A stretch of DNA of 64,000 bases from Tubiluchus corallicola (GCA_030141605.1 JAQGDQ010000032.1:534846-598845); one strand, 5' to 3'. Numbered from the stretch's first letter, positions 11,811 through 26,613 are shown. Made by a program: numbers and translations. The notes: generated by a model not told the origin, from the sequence alone.

Positions 11811-14800
11811 CAATTATGCAGGTACGCATGTATACATATAATATTTCATATGCTTCAGAGTAATACTCTTTCCAGAAGTCCTACAATGGACATAAGTTTA
11901 ACGTGTGAAAAAATCGGCCTGTAAACAAGAACGGAAATGCCCGGGTCAATTTTTACAAGAACAGGAAACAGAACACAGACGAAAATTTCTCGCGTCTTTT
12001 CTGAACTTTGTAAAATCCAACTTGAATTGTGCACGGGTCGTCAAATTAATCAAGTTCAAAACATTGAAATTTTATAGCGTTATACGTTATTTGCGGCTCA
12101 ACCTCCTTGAGAGATGTGGATCTTAAGTAGATAAAAAATAATAAAACTATGAGTTCTTTCTGTGCCATATGCAGTTGATTATTTGTTTATTTACTTTCTG
12201 GTTTGCAGTATTTAAAAGATATTTTCGATGAAAAACAAGAGCGGACTTTCACAACGTGGACTTATGCAGTGTAATATAGGCCTATATTTCGCTGATGCTT
12301 AAGCCCATTGTAGGTAATTTCGAGGCTGCTTTGACTTAAAAAACTCCAGTTAAATAAAATATATGATTCTAAGCAACATTAAGCCTGATTTGTAAGTTGA
12401 TGGGAGAACGCTGGAAAAATTCCATCTGGGTAGGTTTATCTGCCATACTCTGTCGGGCTAATTACTTCACTTGTAGAAGGACCTATATTCACCAGAAGGT
12501 GGTTAAAACTCCTTTGCCAGTTTAGTATATTATCTTAAAGGATTATCATTGATTTTGAGGTAGATGCCGGTCCTACCAACAGCCTTAAATAAGTTGGTCT
12601 TGGCATTTGAGTGCTGGCTATCGGATTACACATTGTACCGAACTGCATAAAAATTGTGTACAACTTTAAATTTCGCAAAAAGTACTGAATATTTACAAGT
12701 TATACTATCTTTTTGTTTTTGTTCATCAGCTGTGGGTGATACGCCGTCCATCAAGTGAAAGCGTTTACGCCTTCACTTATATATGTGTGCAATAGCATCT
12801 CTTTAAAAATCAGTTGACGATTTGGTATAATAAAATCAAGGATGTTTGATTTGACGTGCATTTGATATTAAATTGAACGCACAATCGTCAACTCCCATGG
12901 TCAGGGACATCCACAACGCGAATTGAAAACTCATTAAACTTTTTATGTACACAGTACAGTGGTGTGGCAGTGGGATTTTACCATCCCCTGTAAGTCCACC
13001 TCGGCTGTCCCCTGGCGCTGTTAATTCAAAAATCCGGTCTTGCGATATCAAATGATATCAAATTATGGTGTGACAGATTACAGCAACGCCTTGCAGTCAT
13101 GTCATTTTGAAACAACATAACGAGTTAAACCCTGGGGAGTGAGCATGAGGACAAGGACAAATCTAACATTCGTGACTTAAAATTAATGCCTAAATCAAGT
13201 TTGCACTTTTTTCAACTGGCGAGTACATGCTTGGCTTGAGTCGGATAATGGGACAGGTTTGAGTCGTTGGTTTATTATAAGAGCGAAAATATTCTACGCG
13301 TAGTTGATTTGTCACATCAAATTAAAATCTTTATGGTTCTTCTCTCGGAACAGCCTTCACATATTTAATTCACTGTGTTAGTAATGCAAACAATTATTTT
13401 TTCCAGTCCACTTTACTTCAGCAGTGGCAAATAGATGCAAGACCTTTGTTGCTGCATGTGCGTCGTTTTATTTATTACAAACGTTGTCTATCTTTACGAA
13501 ATTACGTTGACGCTTTCCTTTCTTCAAACTCGTTTTTGCATATTAAGCCATTTTCATAGCCCGTCTCGAAATACAATCTTGTGTACATTGATTTTGCCAC
13601 CTAGCAAGAATAATTGTTAGCGGGAATCTCAAAACACCAAGAGTTATTTACAGAGGTCTTTAGAGTGTACAGCACAATTTAACAATGCGAAGTCGTCTCA
13701 AACTCGCGTGCTGGCTTGATAATCATGCAGTCGGTAATTATTATTATTATTAATATGCTGTCGCGAAAGTATTTAGTTTATAATTAAAATTTTAAATACG
13801 ACAGGTCGGCGGGTGACGGACCACAACGTAAGTTACGTCACACATGTCCTTATTCTTATTCTTTATAGGGTTGTGGATCTAATTCAGCGTCCAAGTGGTT
13901 CGGGTCATGCTTTATCGGTTGGAAACATTTTTACAAGAAGGTGCATTACTTTCCTAATTACTTTTCAAAATTTTTAAGTAAAATCTTGTCGTTTTGAATG
14001 TGAGACGCTGCTACATTAAAACTTACATTATTTGTCAAGAAAACTTAACCTTTTCCCCGCCGCAAGGTAAAAACGTCAAATTCAGGTGGTGCGTTTGTAA
14101 CTCCGCCTAAAAGCTGGGGTATCAGTACTTATGTTGAGATCTTTTGTTTTTTTTACATGTGACTACAGCTTATCATATAGACTACTAGCTGTTTCATAAC
14201 CGCCTGAATACAAACTTTCTTTATAACAACTAATAACAGCTGATTTTTTTCGTCTACGCTTGACAGTTGATGCTCAACAATCTCTTGTTGATCAACATAA
14301 GCAGTGATTTGTCACCAGACTTCTTCCATGAATTCAATAAAATTTTACAACCCCCGTAAATATTTCTTCGCGTAATTCCATCCGGTGTGAACAAGTGAAC
14401 GATTTTATTCTACCAAAATTTCACTCTGTTGAATGCTTCTCCCATTATAAAGTCTACTCATGACATACATTTCCCTGTACATGTGCTAAAACGACCTCAT
14501 CTTCATGGTAGGTAGGTCCACTGGAAAGTAGCCGGCTGCCGTTTTGGTGACACAAACCAATATAAACTAAACAGGGAAAAGTACATAACCAGTTTTCAGA
14601 CGAGTCGGGAAGGAGTTATCCCATTTGTTTTGTTTATAGAAACCTATTAATTCGTGCTAGGTGATTTATTAATGAAAACACTGCTATACGTAAGCGTGCG
14701 ACCTGCAGGTTGGTTGGTGTATGTGTACATTCAAAATTTTCTTCAGTCTGCTTTTATTAAGATTTACTTGTGAAGTCAACTAAATCTTGTGATGTAACTG

Positions 14801-15857
14801 ATGTTCTCAACTCTGACAATAAAAAAATACAATGGCAGTAAGTGAGAACCAGCAACTTTTGTTTTTACCCCAAATCACCTGACGTAATTCTTGTTAGCAA
14901 ATCAATGATTATACATTTTGCAAATGATAAAAATTACGAATAAATATCTTTTAAGTTGAAAGTGAAACGTGTTTTTCCAGTACACACAAACTGAAATTCG
15001 TTAAAAAATCTCGGTCGAACTTTATTTTCAGTCCAACAAATTTGCAGTAGTATGAACTCCAGACTATCTGTGGATTCACCTAACTGTTATTACAAAAGAG
15101 TTCAAAATCTATGCAAGTATAGCTTTGACGGTAGACTCACACCAGTCCTACTATAAATTTTAACACATAATAAAAGCACTCATTGTTTTTAAATAAAGTG
15201 TGCTACATTTCGATACTTTAAAGTTGGTTGATTAACTGTTTCGCTTGTCTGCTAGCTCACCAGCTAACCAGCCAACCAACAAGCAAGTAAAAAAACAAAG
15301 AGAAAAAAATAAACAAACAGATACGACTAAAAATACACTTTTACGTGCTTTTGGGACTGAGAATTTTATTCCGCTGAAGAAGTGCAAAAAATCATCAAAA
15401 ATGCGTAAATAATAATATGGGAAACTATTTAACTTACGCCCCTTGAATATGAAGCGCTTTATTAAATAATCCAGTTGCGGGTTTCCTTCAGTTTTTATCA
15501 ACGCAATATTGTTAATTTTTTTCTAAGATTAATTAATATTACCATATAATTTCCTAACGTCTGTTTGTTTGTTTATTCTTTTGTTATACATTTAAGCAAA
15601 CAAAGAAAAAATCACAAACGAACATAAACAGTTTTAAGAATTCTCATGCAAGAAAGTCATTTCAACTTGTACTTCTTGTTCTTGATTTGTTTTCAGGCTA
15701 TTTTGTATCTTCTATAATGAACGCTTCTTTGGAAAAAACGAAAAGCTAAACAATATCGGAACGTGTTATAATATCATCTCCTCATACAAATTTGTTTAAT
15801 GCATATTTTTCGTTCAATACAAATCTATCGCCCAAATATAATTGTTTAAACACTTAC

Positions 15858-15923
15858 CATAAAAGCTAGTGTTGGCCTGTAGTACGCGAACATCCCACGA
15901 AGTGGACTTATTGATGAAGCCAT
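15858..15923 (-). CDS. candidate alternative first coding exon MASSISPLRGMFAYYRPTLAFM|, phase-0 donor
   Basis: Minus strand: aatATGG start context, 22 open codons, consensus donor ATG|GTAAGT; GC-richer than the flanks. Confidence 0.5.
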
Positions 15924-16637
15924 ATTGGTTGTATATTACACAATAAAGCGTTGAAACTAAACACTATTGTTGTAGATTATCGAATAATGACACACATTTA
16001 CCGAACTCATATTGTTTTGATAAGGCGAATATATGTAACGGCGCAAATATGACCACACTATGGCACCATGTTACTGATTTAGATACAAGCATAGAACTTG
16101 TTTTCACTAGAATTAATTACGACACGTCTGAAGATTACATACTCAGCAAATATATCAAGTTCATAAAGTCGAAAAGGACAAATTCCCTCAAGTTTTCACG
16201 ACAAAAACCGGGGAAAAGATAGTGAGAGAAGGCTTTTTCATGGCTCCTGGCATTCCAAACTCATTATGCATTTATGTATAAATTATGGCCACACTGTCGT
16301 CTGCTTTGACTTCTCACGATTCCGTGTTTTTCTGCTCAATTTCGACACGTTCATTCGAAGCGCAGACATCAAAATCCAAGGCGATAATCACATCGAAAGA
16401 CAGAGTCACGTCCATAATAATTATTCTGATTTAGGCTGAGATAGTGCGTCACGGCCATTAAATAATTGATTTCATTGTAGCTTGAATTGGTGTAATAGTT
16501 TCTGTCAGGCCGACTGACTTCAACTTTCAATTTAGTAGCCTCATTCGTTCAAATTATCATATTAGTTTTGTTCGTTTTTCTCTGTTCGTCTTAAAGTTAA
16601 TACTGTTAAATATCACAAATAAATCGCTCGAGTTAAG

Positions 16638-16662
16638 CAAACAAACAAACAAACAAACAAAC
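16638..16662. repeat. (CAAA)n microsatellite
   Basis: caaacaaacaaacaaacaaacaaac. Confidence 0.95.
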
Positions 16663-18262
16663 CTGGTTTTAATATTTTTCCCGAGAGCGGTCCATGAATG
16701 TCACATGCGTGTGTATTATCGATTATGAACCGGGCCGTGCAATAGTCACCCCAGTCAAATGTCCCAGGTTAAATGCGGTTGATAAGATCAAATCCAGGAA
16801 GCCATACGGGATTGAAGCCATGCAGGGAAGCTGCGCAGAACCGGGCAGCTGCTGCTCGGTTGGTGCACTCGAGCCATGGCAGCCTGTCACTGATAGCTAA
16901 CACATGTCAAGAAAAACATCGAGCGATCACTTCTTGTATTTCCAACAGAGAAAAAATCTCTGTGCACTGTCTGCTGCCGGGTAATGCAACACCATCTTCA
17001 CATTCGCTACACTCGGGAAGCCAGAATAACTAGACCCATTATTAGCCAGCCAGTCACACGAGACGATTCCATTTAAAACTCCATGGGCCCAAAAAGAGGA
17101 ACTCATGCAAGATCACGCAAGCATGATCACTAAGCAAGACACGTGATAACGTGTAAAAGGCAATCGTTTCTGAATATTGATCGCCCACAAATTTAACCCA
17201 TGTTCATAACTACATATAATTAAGCCATTCTTTAGAACAGTACCGCGCTACATTAACTGATGAAAAGAAATGACGTCAGTAATTGTGTGAACAAAAGTTT
17301 GGAAACAAACTAAACAAGAGAAACTCCGTCCCTCTTTCCACAAGTGGCACAAACACAAAATCACAAACTGATGTGCCAAGAGAAGCCCAAGAACGTCTTA
17401 AATCATTTCCCGCTGAAGGGTTACCAACGCCGTTGCTTAATCTTGCAGCAAGAACAGCGCACACCTTCCGAGCAAGACCCTTAAGCCAAACTTGATTCTG
17501 TATCAGTCTAAATGAAGCCTGCCACTGGGAACCTAATTAAAAATTTTTAGTATTAATGATTAAATTCCAAAGCAGCTCATCTAGGTGATAACGATGGAGC
17601 TGCATAACTTGAATCCCTCTATTGGAATCTTTTGCTGCTTTCACGTTTTTTTTGTGACTGTGTTGTGGAAGGAAGGGAAGACAGCGCCCGCTGAATGGTG
17701 TTCCTCCATAAGGTGCACGCTTTTCGGTCGACAAATCAATTGATCCAATGAAGCGTTCGAACTTGAAAATGGCAAAAATCTGCACTAATTGTTTTGGAAT
17801 TTGCACAGATTTGGGATTCTACCTTGAGTAGCAGTAACTTAAATAATGATTATCAAAATAATTATTCTGAAGACCCACTGGTAGGACTTGGAGTTTTCAT
17901 GGTTGCAGACTTACACTTCTTAATCTCTTGTGTGACATTACACTACTAACGAACGCAATATATGGAACGTGGTATTCGCAAGAGATAAACTGAATGTTCT
18001 TATACACCATCCATAAACCACACGTACAGCAATTTTATACTAGTCGTTATCAAGCGTAATTTGCCAGTCAAATAAAATTTAGGATGGACCACCATCAAGT
18101 TCCCTTGTAAACGTAATTAAATAGCATCGGTGAGTGTTTTCAAAAAGGCGACCAGATTTTCACTGAGATAATCACCTTTGTAAATTTTTTTAATTTTCTT
18201 CTTTCAATTATTGGAGGAAAATAGGCTTAGGTTTTTACATGCTGTTCTGTTCTGTAGCTTAA

Positions 18263-18308
18263 TTCTGTAGAGCAAAAATGACTTTTAGTTCTGTAGAGCA
18301 AAAATGAC
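18263..18308. repeat. 20-bp direct duplication (26-bp period)
   Basis: ttctgtagagcaaaaatgac twice, separated by ttttag. Confidence 0.9.
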
Positions 18309-18688
18309 AATACAAAATAATTTATTTGAACAGCAAATGTCGTACGAGAAAAATGGGATGAACATCAACTATTGTATTAACCCTCGCTGAAATATAAGCA
18401 TTTTTTCTTGGAAAATAAATCTCAGGAATTTTTAAATCTCTAAAAATCACTTACAAAATGTTTCAAACAGCAAAAGTTTTAAAAAGTTTAACAAGATGTA
18501 AGAACACGAAAATCGCTAAAATGCTGTCAAAAATTTAAAATTTAAAGCTTCAAAACAATTTATAATAGGTTCACATTTATTTTTTTATTTTGTTTGTTTA
18601 TTTCAGCTTAAAGCCATGAAGAAATTAATGAAAATCTAAACTATGGCACATAATGGTAAAAATCCATAACTAAAATCACTTAAAACTG

Positions 18689-18714
18689 TATATATATATA
18701 TATATATATATATA
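18689..18714. repeat. (TA)13 microsatellite
   Basis: Pure TA run. Confidence 0.97.
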
Positions 18715-19527
18715 CAAAAGTCAAAAGTATTCGTAGAAGTCAGACATTTAAGGACATTTGAATAAGTTTTAACTTTTAAACATCTATAACAGTTTGCTCA
18801 CTTTTCATATTTTGTTACTTAACTTGAGTTTCCATATCTAGGATTAATTATAGAGACTGTATGATACGAAATGACGAAATGCGCCAATTAGCATGTATAT
18901 ATAACTATTCAGGCTAGCTTACCCTTCTCAATTAAGTGGATTTAATAAATAGAAATCAATTCAGTTTAATCATTCGTAGCAAAATTGTAGGTTCATTTCG
19001 AATGCATTACTCGATCTGAGAAATGATTTGACTTAGACTAAATTTCTTAATATTGAAACTGAGTAATTCCTCAGCGTCTAATTGTAGTTAAAATGTCTTT
19101 GCTCTGTGAAACATTTTGTGAAAGTCGGGCGGAAAAGGAAATAGCGAAAACTATAATTGTAACTGGGTTTTTAGTAGTTAAAAAGGCAGAAATTAACAGC
19201 ACGCACGCAAGAAAAATAGATGTAAAACGCCGAGTTAGGAAGACGTCAAAGATATTTTCGTGTTTTCTTTAAAGAATGTTATATTGCCAGTGTATGACGA
19301 ATATAGCTGACAATTTTCTTGCTTGGCGAGGAACATCTGTTAGAAAAATGCAGGGACGGCTTCGTCTGTGTACATATCAACCACGCGGAAATGCAAATGT
19401 GATATGGGCTGGTGGGAAACACAGGATTTACTGCAAGCTAAACTAAAGACAATCTGTGAAGCCATGCACGTACAGGTGGTCCAGCCTATAGAATGGTACG
19501 CAATCAAGTAAACAAATAGACACTATT

Positions 19528-19877
19528 GTATAGGTACTCAGTCTAAAGAACGGTCAGAAATTCTGGAACTTTTTTGCAGGTTGACCTAAAGATCGATTTG
19601 TGAAGTCACATATTGCTTAAACTATCAAGTAAACGTTTATATTAATTGTGCAAGTTATTCTGTCATATAGATTGGTAGAAACTCTAGAATTTTCTAGAGA
19701 ACATAAATGGGCACAACTGGAGGCCAGTACAAACTGTTATGTACACTTTTATGTACTGTAGAGGGCGGTCAAGTTATCTTGTATATTGTACAGGGCGGGC
19801 AAGCTAGGTTGGTGCGATGTTGCATTTACTGTCAGTTTAAGTAAAATACAGTCCTATGAAGTCAGCTTTGTTTTACA
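19528..19877 (+). mobile_element. possible decayed solo LTR
   Basis: TG...CA bounds, repeated agaaa(t/c)tct(g/a)gaa motifs before acataaat, and an internal ~31-bp duplication (tgta.agggcgg.caag.ta). No TSD or PBS was confirmed. Confidence 0.25.
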
Positions 19878-21857
19878 AAGGGCTGGCGGAAAAAATGGAT
19901 TCAATGCAGATTAAGCAGAAGACAGTCGTGGGAAAAGCCTGTGAATAGAGAAGCCATACACTAAAGGCATCAAAATGAGAAGAAAAGTGGACAGGAAATC
20001 ACCTTCCTGCAAATAACTCGCCGAGGCCGGTCAGTCAGTCAGTCACATTGATTTATTTATGCTAGCTGCCAACACTTGCATCGTGCGATAAATCATTAAG
20101 GATTTTGGTGATCACAATTCTTGCTCTGTGATCAAATAAGCACTCGTTCATCTCTCCTGGGTCTACAATGCCTATCTACTAACTCAATAAGCTTATTGCT
20201 CTCAGCATTTAGCCGTCTTTACGGGGTTATGATATCCTAGTAATGTTGCTCGGGGTTTGTAAAAACTCGCACAACTTTATGGTTTCAAGCAAACGGCGCG
20301 AAGAGAAGCACATTTTCGACAGACAGAAAAATGGCTCTCGCGCGAGTTTAAAAACGAGTCGTCCCGTAATTTGGATATTTATTATTTAGCAGACATATTA
20401 TGGCATGGTGGCAGATACACTTGCGGCTCAGCAAAGTAACAAAATGTTCGAGTTGCGGCAAGTAGTGAGATGATAAAATTACATTGAAAATAAGCGCATG
20501 CACTCAGAAGTTAAAAAGGGTGTTATAATTCAAGTATTCCACATTTTTAATAAACAAAGGGGGTAGTTCCAAAATAATTTTATTTGTAGATCTTCTTCTT
20601 GTTCTTGTTGGCATTTAGTATTTAGTATTCAGTTCGTGGGAATATGTTTAATAACAAATCAATCACTGCAAAACTTGGACCATTTAACCACTTCACGGGA
20701 GAGATTTTGTTGACGTATTTTGTGGCCTTAAGCGGATAATGTAAAGTCAAAATGTTCATTTTGTTGGTATCCAGTCTTTAATCACATGCACCCCCTCCTA
20801 GCATCTGCAAACGTAATAAATGCGGATAAGTCCTACAAGTTGACGCAATAAACTCAAGTTATTTATTAATTTTCACAACAAGTACACGCACGTATACACA
20901 CGCATACACACATACACTTCTCAGAAACAGGATGAAAATTTTCAAAAATAAACAACAGCAACCAACGAAATATCCCTCTTCATCTCAAAACAAAACTTTT
21001 TTGAAATATTAATGATCGATAACCGCCTATTATAGGCCCACGTCCCATATACCTATCATACATTTTATTATAAATAAACGAGTAGATCTAAGACTAATCA
21101 ATAAGTGACAGCTTTGACTATATTTTAATTTTTATTAGTGGTTGATAAACGGTATGAACTCGAAAAACATACAATACACGTATTTTTGTATATATCATAA
21201 TATTATAATCTATAATGTTCCTATATAGGCAAGTTACAATAAATCTTGCACGATCATCTATGTAGCGCTTGTCATTTTGTCCATTTAACTCGTGAATTCT
21301 CGTCAATAGCCAATTCAACCAAAGTGTATTATCCCACTTCAGAAGCCAAATGTGAGGAATTTGTTGACAGTTCGGTAATTTTAATGGCTTCAGCGTTAAT
21401 GCTGCCGACCAAGCGGGGCGCAGTCATAGGAAAGACTCCCGCTAACAAATAAACCATTTCATGAGCAAAGTCCGAGCTTGCAAGAAAAACACACTTGAGC
21501 CGTCCGACGGGCAACAAGAACGGCGCGGGACAAACTTTCTATTTAAAAGCGACACAAAATCCGATTTGTGAAAGCAGCTCATGACCCGGGGTAGAAATCG
21601 GATACCTCGTTACCCAAATCTTGCCTAGGCAGGGGTTGGAAAGTCGTTCAAGCAACTGCTCTCCAACTAAAGCTGTTGGAAAGGCCATTGGCTGCGGGAA
21701 TCAAATAAACTTTATCAGGAGGTGACCCAAGCAATCAAAATAGGCGGTAGCTTTCTGGTCGCAGGAAGACGCAGTATGAGCAAAAGTGTGAAAGCGAAGA
21801 GCGGGAAGACGAGAATAAGAAATGAAGATAAAATGGCAAAGGGAGAAACGATAGAGC

Positions 21858-21877
21858 GGGGGAGGGGGAGGGAGGGG
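21858..21877 (+). other. G-quadruplex-forming motif
   Basis: GGGGG A GGGGG A GGG A GGGG: four G-runs with 1-nt loops. Confidence 0.7.
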
Positions 21878-22207
21878 TCAGAGTATAGATGGAAGAAAAA
21901 AGGAATGATCATGGTGCTTCTATTTTCAGAAATACCGTACGTAATTTCCTAGCATTTCAGATTCAGAAAATTTTGCAAGACGGTAAATTGTAAAACAAGT
22001 TATGTTACATTAAGCTGAGTACAAACATTATGAATGTGCCCCCTGACATTGCACTGTGTCGTTACAATAAAAGTGTTTATTAGGGTCGTCGTGTCCTCAT
22101 ACAAAAAAGACCAGGACAAAAAAACATCGACAGACAGAGCATCGGGGTCAGAAATTATAGTTCTTTGTAACAGTGTTGTTTCAAATTCCTGTATAATACG
22201 TATTTTG

Positions 22208-22209
<2 letters not shown>

Positions 22210-22265
<56 letters not shown>
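22210..22265. repeat. (TTA)n microsatellite
   Basis: About 18 TTA units; explains the poly-Y in ORF 22034..22303. Confidence 0.97.
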
Positions 22266-24538
22266 GCGCTATCATTATACATGCAAAGTATAAGCGTCAA
22301 TAGATAAATTAAAAATTCTAAATGTAGGTTTATAGATAATTAACAATAAGAAAGTTGCATTACACAGTATTACAAATAAAAGGGGCGAGTGTGAATAGAA
22401 TGGCAAAAACGAAAAACAGCATCACAGCACTGTAGAATGTTAAAATGTAGGCTCATCACAAATTCATAATAGTAAGAAACAATTTCTACAAAAATGTTAT
22501 GACAGATTTAATCACATACACGAATATTTGTGTAATGATCAAACGATCATCGGTCATTTCAGGACATTTCAAGAAAGGGTCATCAAATGTACAACATGCC
22601 CATGTAAACATATCAGCAAAATCTGGGAATGTTTGTTTGTTTGTGTAGTTACAGTATCATTAGCATGCCGAGAGGGTTATATAGTAGCCGCTGGTCACTT
22701 CATCTGTCCACACTTGACCACTTGGTCAGGACACTGACCTCTTGCTGTGTATAGCCTAGTTTCGTATTACTTAGCTAAGCTTAATTCTAACTAGGGACGC
22801 GCGAACTGATAACAATCGACCGATACTAATCGTCTCCAGTAGGACCAACAGTTCCTGATTTGTCAAAATTATTCTTTATCGAAAAAAACATTGCCAAAAA
22901 AGTTTGAAACACAGTCGCTCTGTTTTGACACAGGTGCAGATTTCTTCTTAGCCACATATGCACAAACTTACGAACAGTATAGATTCAAGTGAATCAATCA
23001 TATATAACAACAATAAACAATTAAAACAGTTTTTATAGTAGGCATGAATCTAATTAAACTCAACTGCAGAGACTAATATACTCAAGTAAATAATATCACA
23101 GAAACTTTTTGCTTGGAGTTTTGTTTAACAAACTTCTGTCTAGAGATAACTTTTACGAATCGAATAAAACACACCGTTCGTAATTTAAGTCGTGGATTTA
23201 TATTTTTGAAATAGTTAAGACAAAAATCAAAAGTCAAGATATTTTACTTTCGTTTTTAGCCTACACAAGTCTTATGCAAGATATTAAAAGTGGTGTAATA
23301 AACCTACAATTTATTGCGCATTTAAATTTCAAATGTTGCTGTTTTTTTTATTAAAAAACCAGTTTCATCTAACTTTTTTCATTTCCACATTAGTAGGGAG
23401 AAGAGCGAGAGAAATATTTAAATACACCAGCATATATAGCAACGTTCCCCAAAATATGAAATTTCTCACGAGAAGAATTTGAGAGGCTAATAGACAGAGA
23501 CTTTGTAAAACGTATACGTTATGCACTAAAATCGTGAACTCATACAATTTTACATTTTCAGAAGATTTCTTTTGAATAACAGCAAATTTTTCAGTTAATA
23601 TACAAAATAACCAATTTATTATTCCACAATACTTGATTCTGGCAGGCCCATTGAAGCCTGGAATAAAACAACTGCAGTGCTTTTCGAGTGCCAGTTTAGA
23701 TTTCTGCAAGAAAATTCTAAATAAATTATAAAACAATCTCACAGTTCAGCGAGAACGTGTCCTTGTTGACGACAAAAAACCCAATAAACCCTTGTAACGA
23801 GAGGCGACTCAGCTGTACAGAGGTGGGTGTAAAACTGTAAGATTATACGCCTGTCTTTATTTTTTCAGTCGCGCGCTTTAGGCGCAAGCAGCAGGATGTC
23901 GGCAACGACAAGCCGTCAGGATTCTTCGACACTTATGAGGGATTTCGACATCCGTGCAGATTTCGACGCTTTAGAATACTTGTCCGCGTTTCGACGCTGA
24001 AAACGCGATTAATGGAAAGAGTCAACATGAAGCTTTGTTGCTTATAGTATGGCTTCTTAATAAAATATCTTTGTTCACTGGGTAAATTTTGTTACGTGAT
24101 TTCGGTTAACAAAACTATCAAAAGACAGCAACAATCAAAGCATTGCGTTCCGCCTTACTGTTCAGGGCTATTTGGCTATTAGTGCTAATCCGCTCGAAAA
24201 AAGTTTATTAAAACTCACCACCAAATCATTCTTAGAAGCATCGGTTTTAACTACACGTTTCTTTTTGTTTGTTTGTCTCTTCCTTTCTTTTCTGTGCTTT
24301 CTGTTTCTTTGTTTGTTCTAATTGGCTGTTTGCCTGTTTGTTTGTTCAAGTAATCGTTTGAACATTTGCTGTTTGTTTTGTGCGATATACATATATATCA
24401 AGCATGTGCAGTTCTTAAAATAGACTGCACGGCTACTAATAAATCCGATACTTTACGAATAATATATATCATATATATGAATAATATATATATATATATG
24501 AATATATATATAATATATATAGATATATATGTGTGTGT

Positions 24539-24649
24539 AATTGCAATAAAGAATTATACATACATATAACTATATATTAGTTATAACTATAACTAGAATT
24601 ATACATATATATATATAGTTGTATGTATGTATGATTCTTTATTGCAATT
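24539..24649. repeat. imperfect inverted repeat (39-bp arms) around an AT-rich centre
   Basis: aattgcaataaagaattatacatacatataactatatat versus atatatagttgtatgtatgtatgattctttattgcaatt; 2 mismatches in 39. Confidence 0.9.
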
Positions 24650-26613
24650 GTCATACATGTACAAGTATCAAATATAAATGAACGCGTAGCCAGTTAAAAT
24701 TAACTTATGTTTGTAATACTGTTAAAAACAAACAATGCGAGCAATTTACGAAAAAGGTGCATAACTGTTTATAGTAATTATTAAGGCATTTCTATAATAG
24801 GAACACGGTCGTACATTGATAAGTTATTAACTGTTTAACTGATCGGCCACCACCCAACCAACTTTTGGCTTCATTATAAAGCACTAAGTGGAATGTACAA
24901 ACATCGTTAAACCTGGCTACAAGTCTCTCACTTCTAGCAGCAAAGCTGATGGCTTCAGGACCAACAAGTAAGTCCATCTGCGATGAAATTTTAGTATTCT
25001 TTTTACTCAAACGTGAAATTCAACAAGGTTGGAAAAATATCTCGTTTTGTGGGTACTTGTGAGAATTCTTGATCACAAATAGCTTAGCGCTAGTTGCCTT
25101 ACTATACATTGCATTACATTACTTTATTTTTGTCTTAATGCAAATTTTAAACGCTATAGCATATCTAGAACATAGAGATAATCAAAATACTAATCAAAAA
25201 TGCTTAAAAATCATATTACCTTGCTATATTTAACTTCAAAGGCTGAAGACACAACCAGAAATTTTTTACCAATACTATTTGAAGGTGTAATTGAATGACT
25301 AATCAAATATTAAAAAAACATTTACTGGGCTATTTAGTATTTATAAATACACGGTTTGCTCAGTTATGTTTTATTATGGCGTGTAGAATTGTCTGGTTAG
25401 GTGGCTGAAAGGTGTCCCTAAGGTACAATGTTACATTATTATATAGCTTAAATATATGGCACCACATAGAGCGCTACTCTCCTACTTTCACGCGTCAGAA
25501 TATAAGGTAAACTATAAAGCTTTAACATTAGTCCGACGCAAGAAAACTATAAATCGCAATATTTCAGTGACACGAGTACACGATAAGACACATGCAGTGA
25601 TATCAGGCAAAATGCTGAAAATGAAGACGAATCTCATAAAAACGCTGTCCCGCTGTGGCAGTAGTGCCCTTCGATGTGCGGAAAAAGTTAAGTTAAAAAG
25701 GCGCAGTTCTGGTAAACCAACTTTCAATATCATTATTAAAGATATTCAGGTAGAATGTACGGCTTATCATAAAAATTTAAATTTTTATAGATGATTACTT
25801 TAGTTGTTACTTGGCTAAAAATACTCTAATCTACTGTGTTCAGATGTTACCAGGAATTCTTGAGTGCGTTATACATAATTCGTAGTATTCTGGTCAGGAA
25901 AAACTGCTAATTAACTTGGTGATGCTTCAACGCGTAAAAAGGTAATCATTTGTGTAGGATAATAGGGAAAGAACAAACTTATGGTTTATCAGTACCGCTG
26001 GATAATGTGATCCCCATAAAGCTATTATGAAATATGATAGCAAATGTCATCATCCCGATGTCAGACACAACTCCTTTTCGGTAAGAAGATAATGAGTTAT
26101 ATAATGAAATGCCAACCTTTAATATTATTTATAACTACTGAATGCAAGAGGGATGATTTTACCCTGTTTGTAAATGTGGGCATCTAATTTCCTGTGAAAC
26201 AGTGCCGAATAAAGTGAAACCAGAACTTAACTGTATTTAAAAAGTGCTACCTTGCATTGTATTGTCGTCATTCTGTTACTTAACTGCGCATCCAGTCAAC
26301 AAAGCAATCAGAAAACGGACCGGCTGCGCGCGCATGTAGCAGCTTCCGTTAATAGCTTGAAACCCGCACGGATGAACATCGCTAAAAACACAAACTGACG
26401 AGCAGCGGCGTTTTTGCGCATTTTCCCTTATCGTTTGTTGTCACTTTGCCGCCTGTTTTGCATTTGTCGACGGCGCGTCTCGGCTGCACCGCATCGCATC
26501 CGCATGTCAAGGCTGCTAGTTGGTTTCTAATTTTTTCTCGACACATTTTTATTTTTCCCTAACCGAAGGGCATTTTTGTCCGATATAATTATGACTTCCT
26601 GGCATTTAGCAGC

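Noticed and set aside
12099-12112. caacctccttgag, matching part of miR-307/miR-67
   Set aside because: The seed end does not match and there is no complementary hairpin arm.
17257-17285. ctgatga...gaaa, and ctgaaga-stem at 49989, as hammerhead ribozyme cores
   Set aside because: The first lacks stem II; the second lacks GAAA after the stem.
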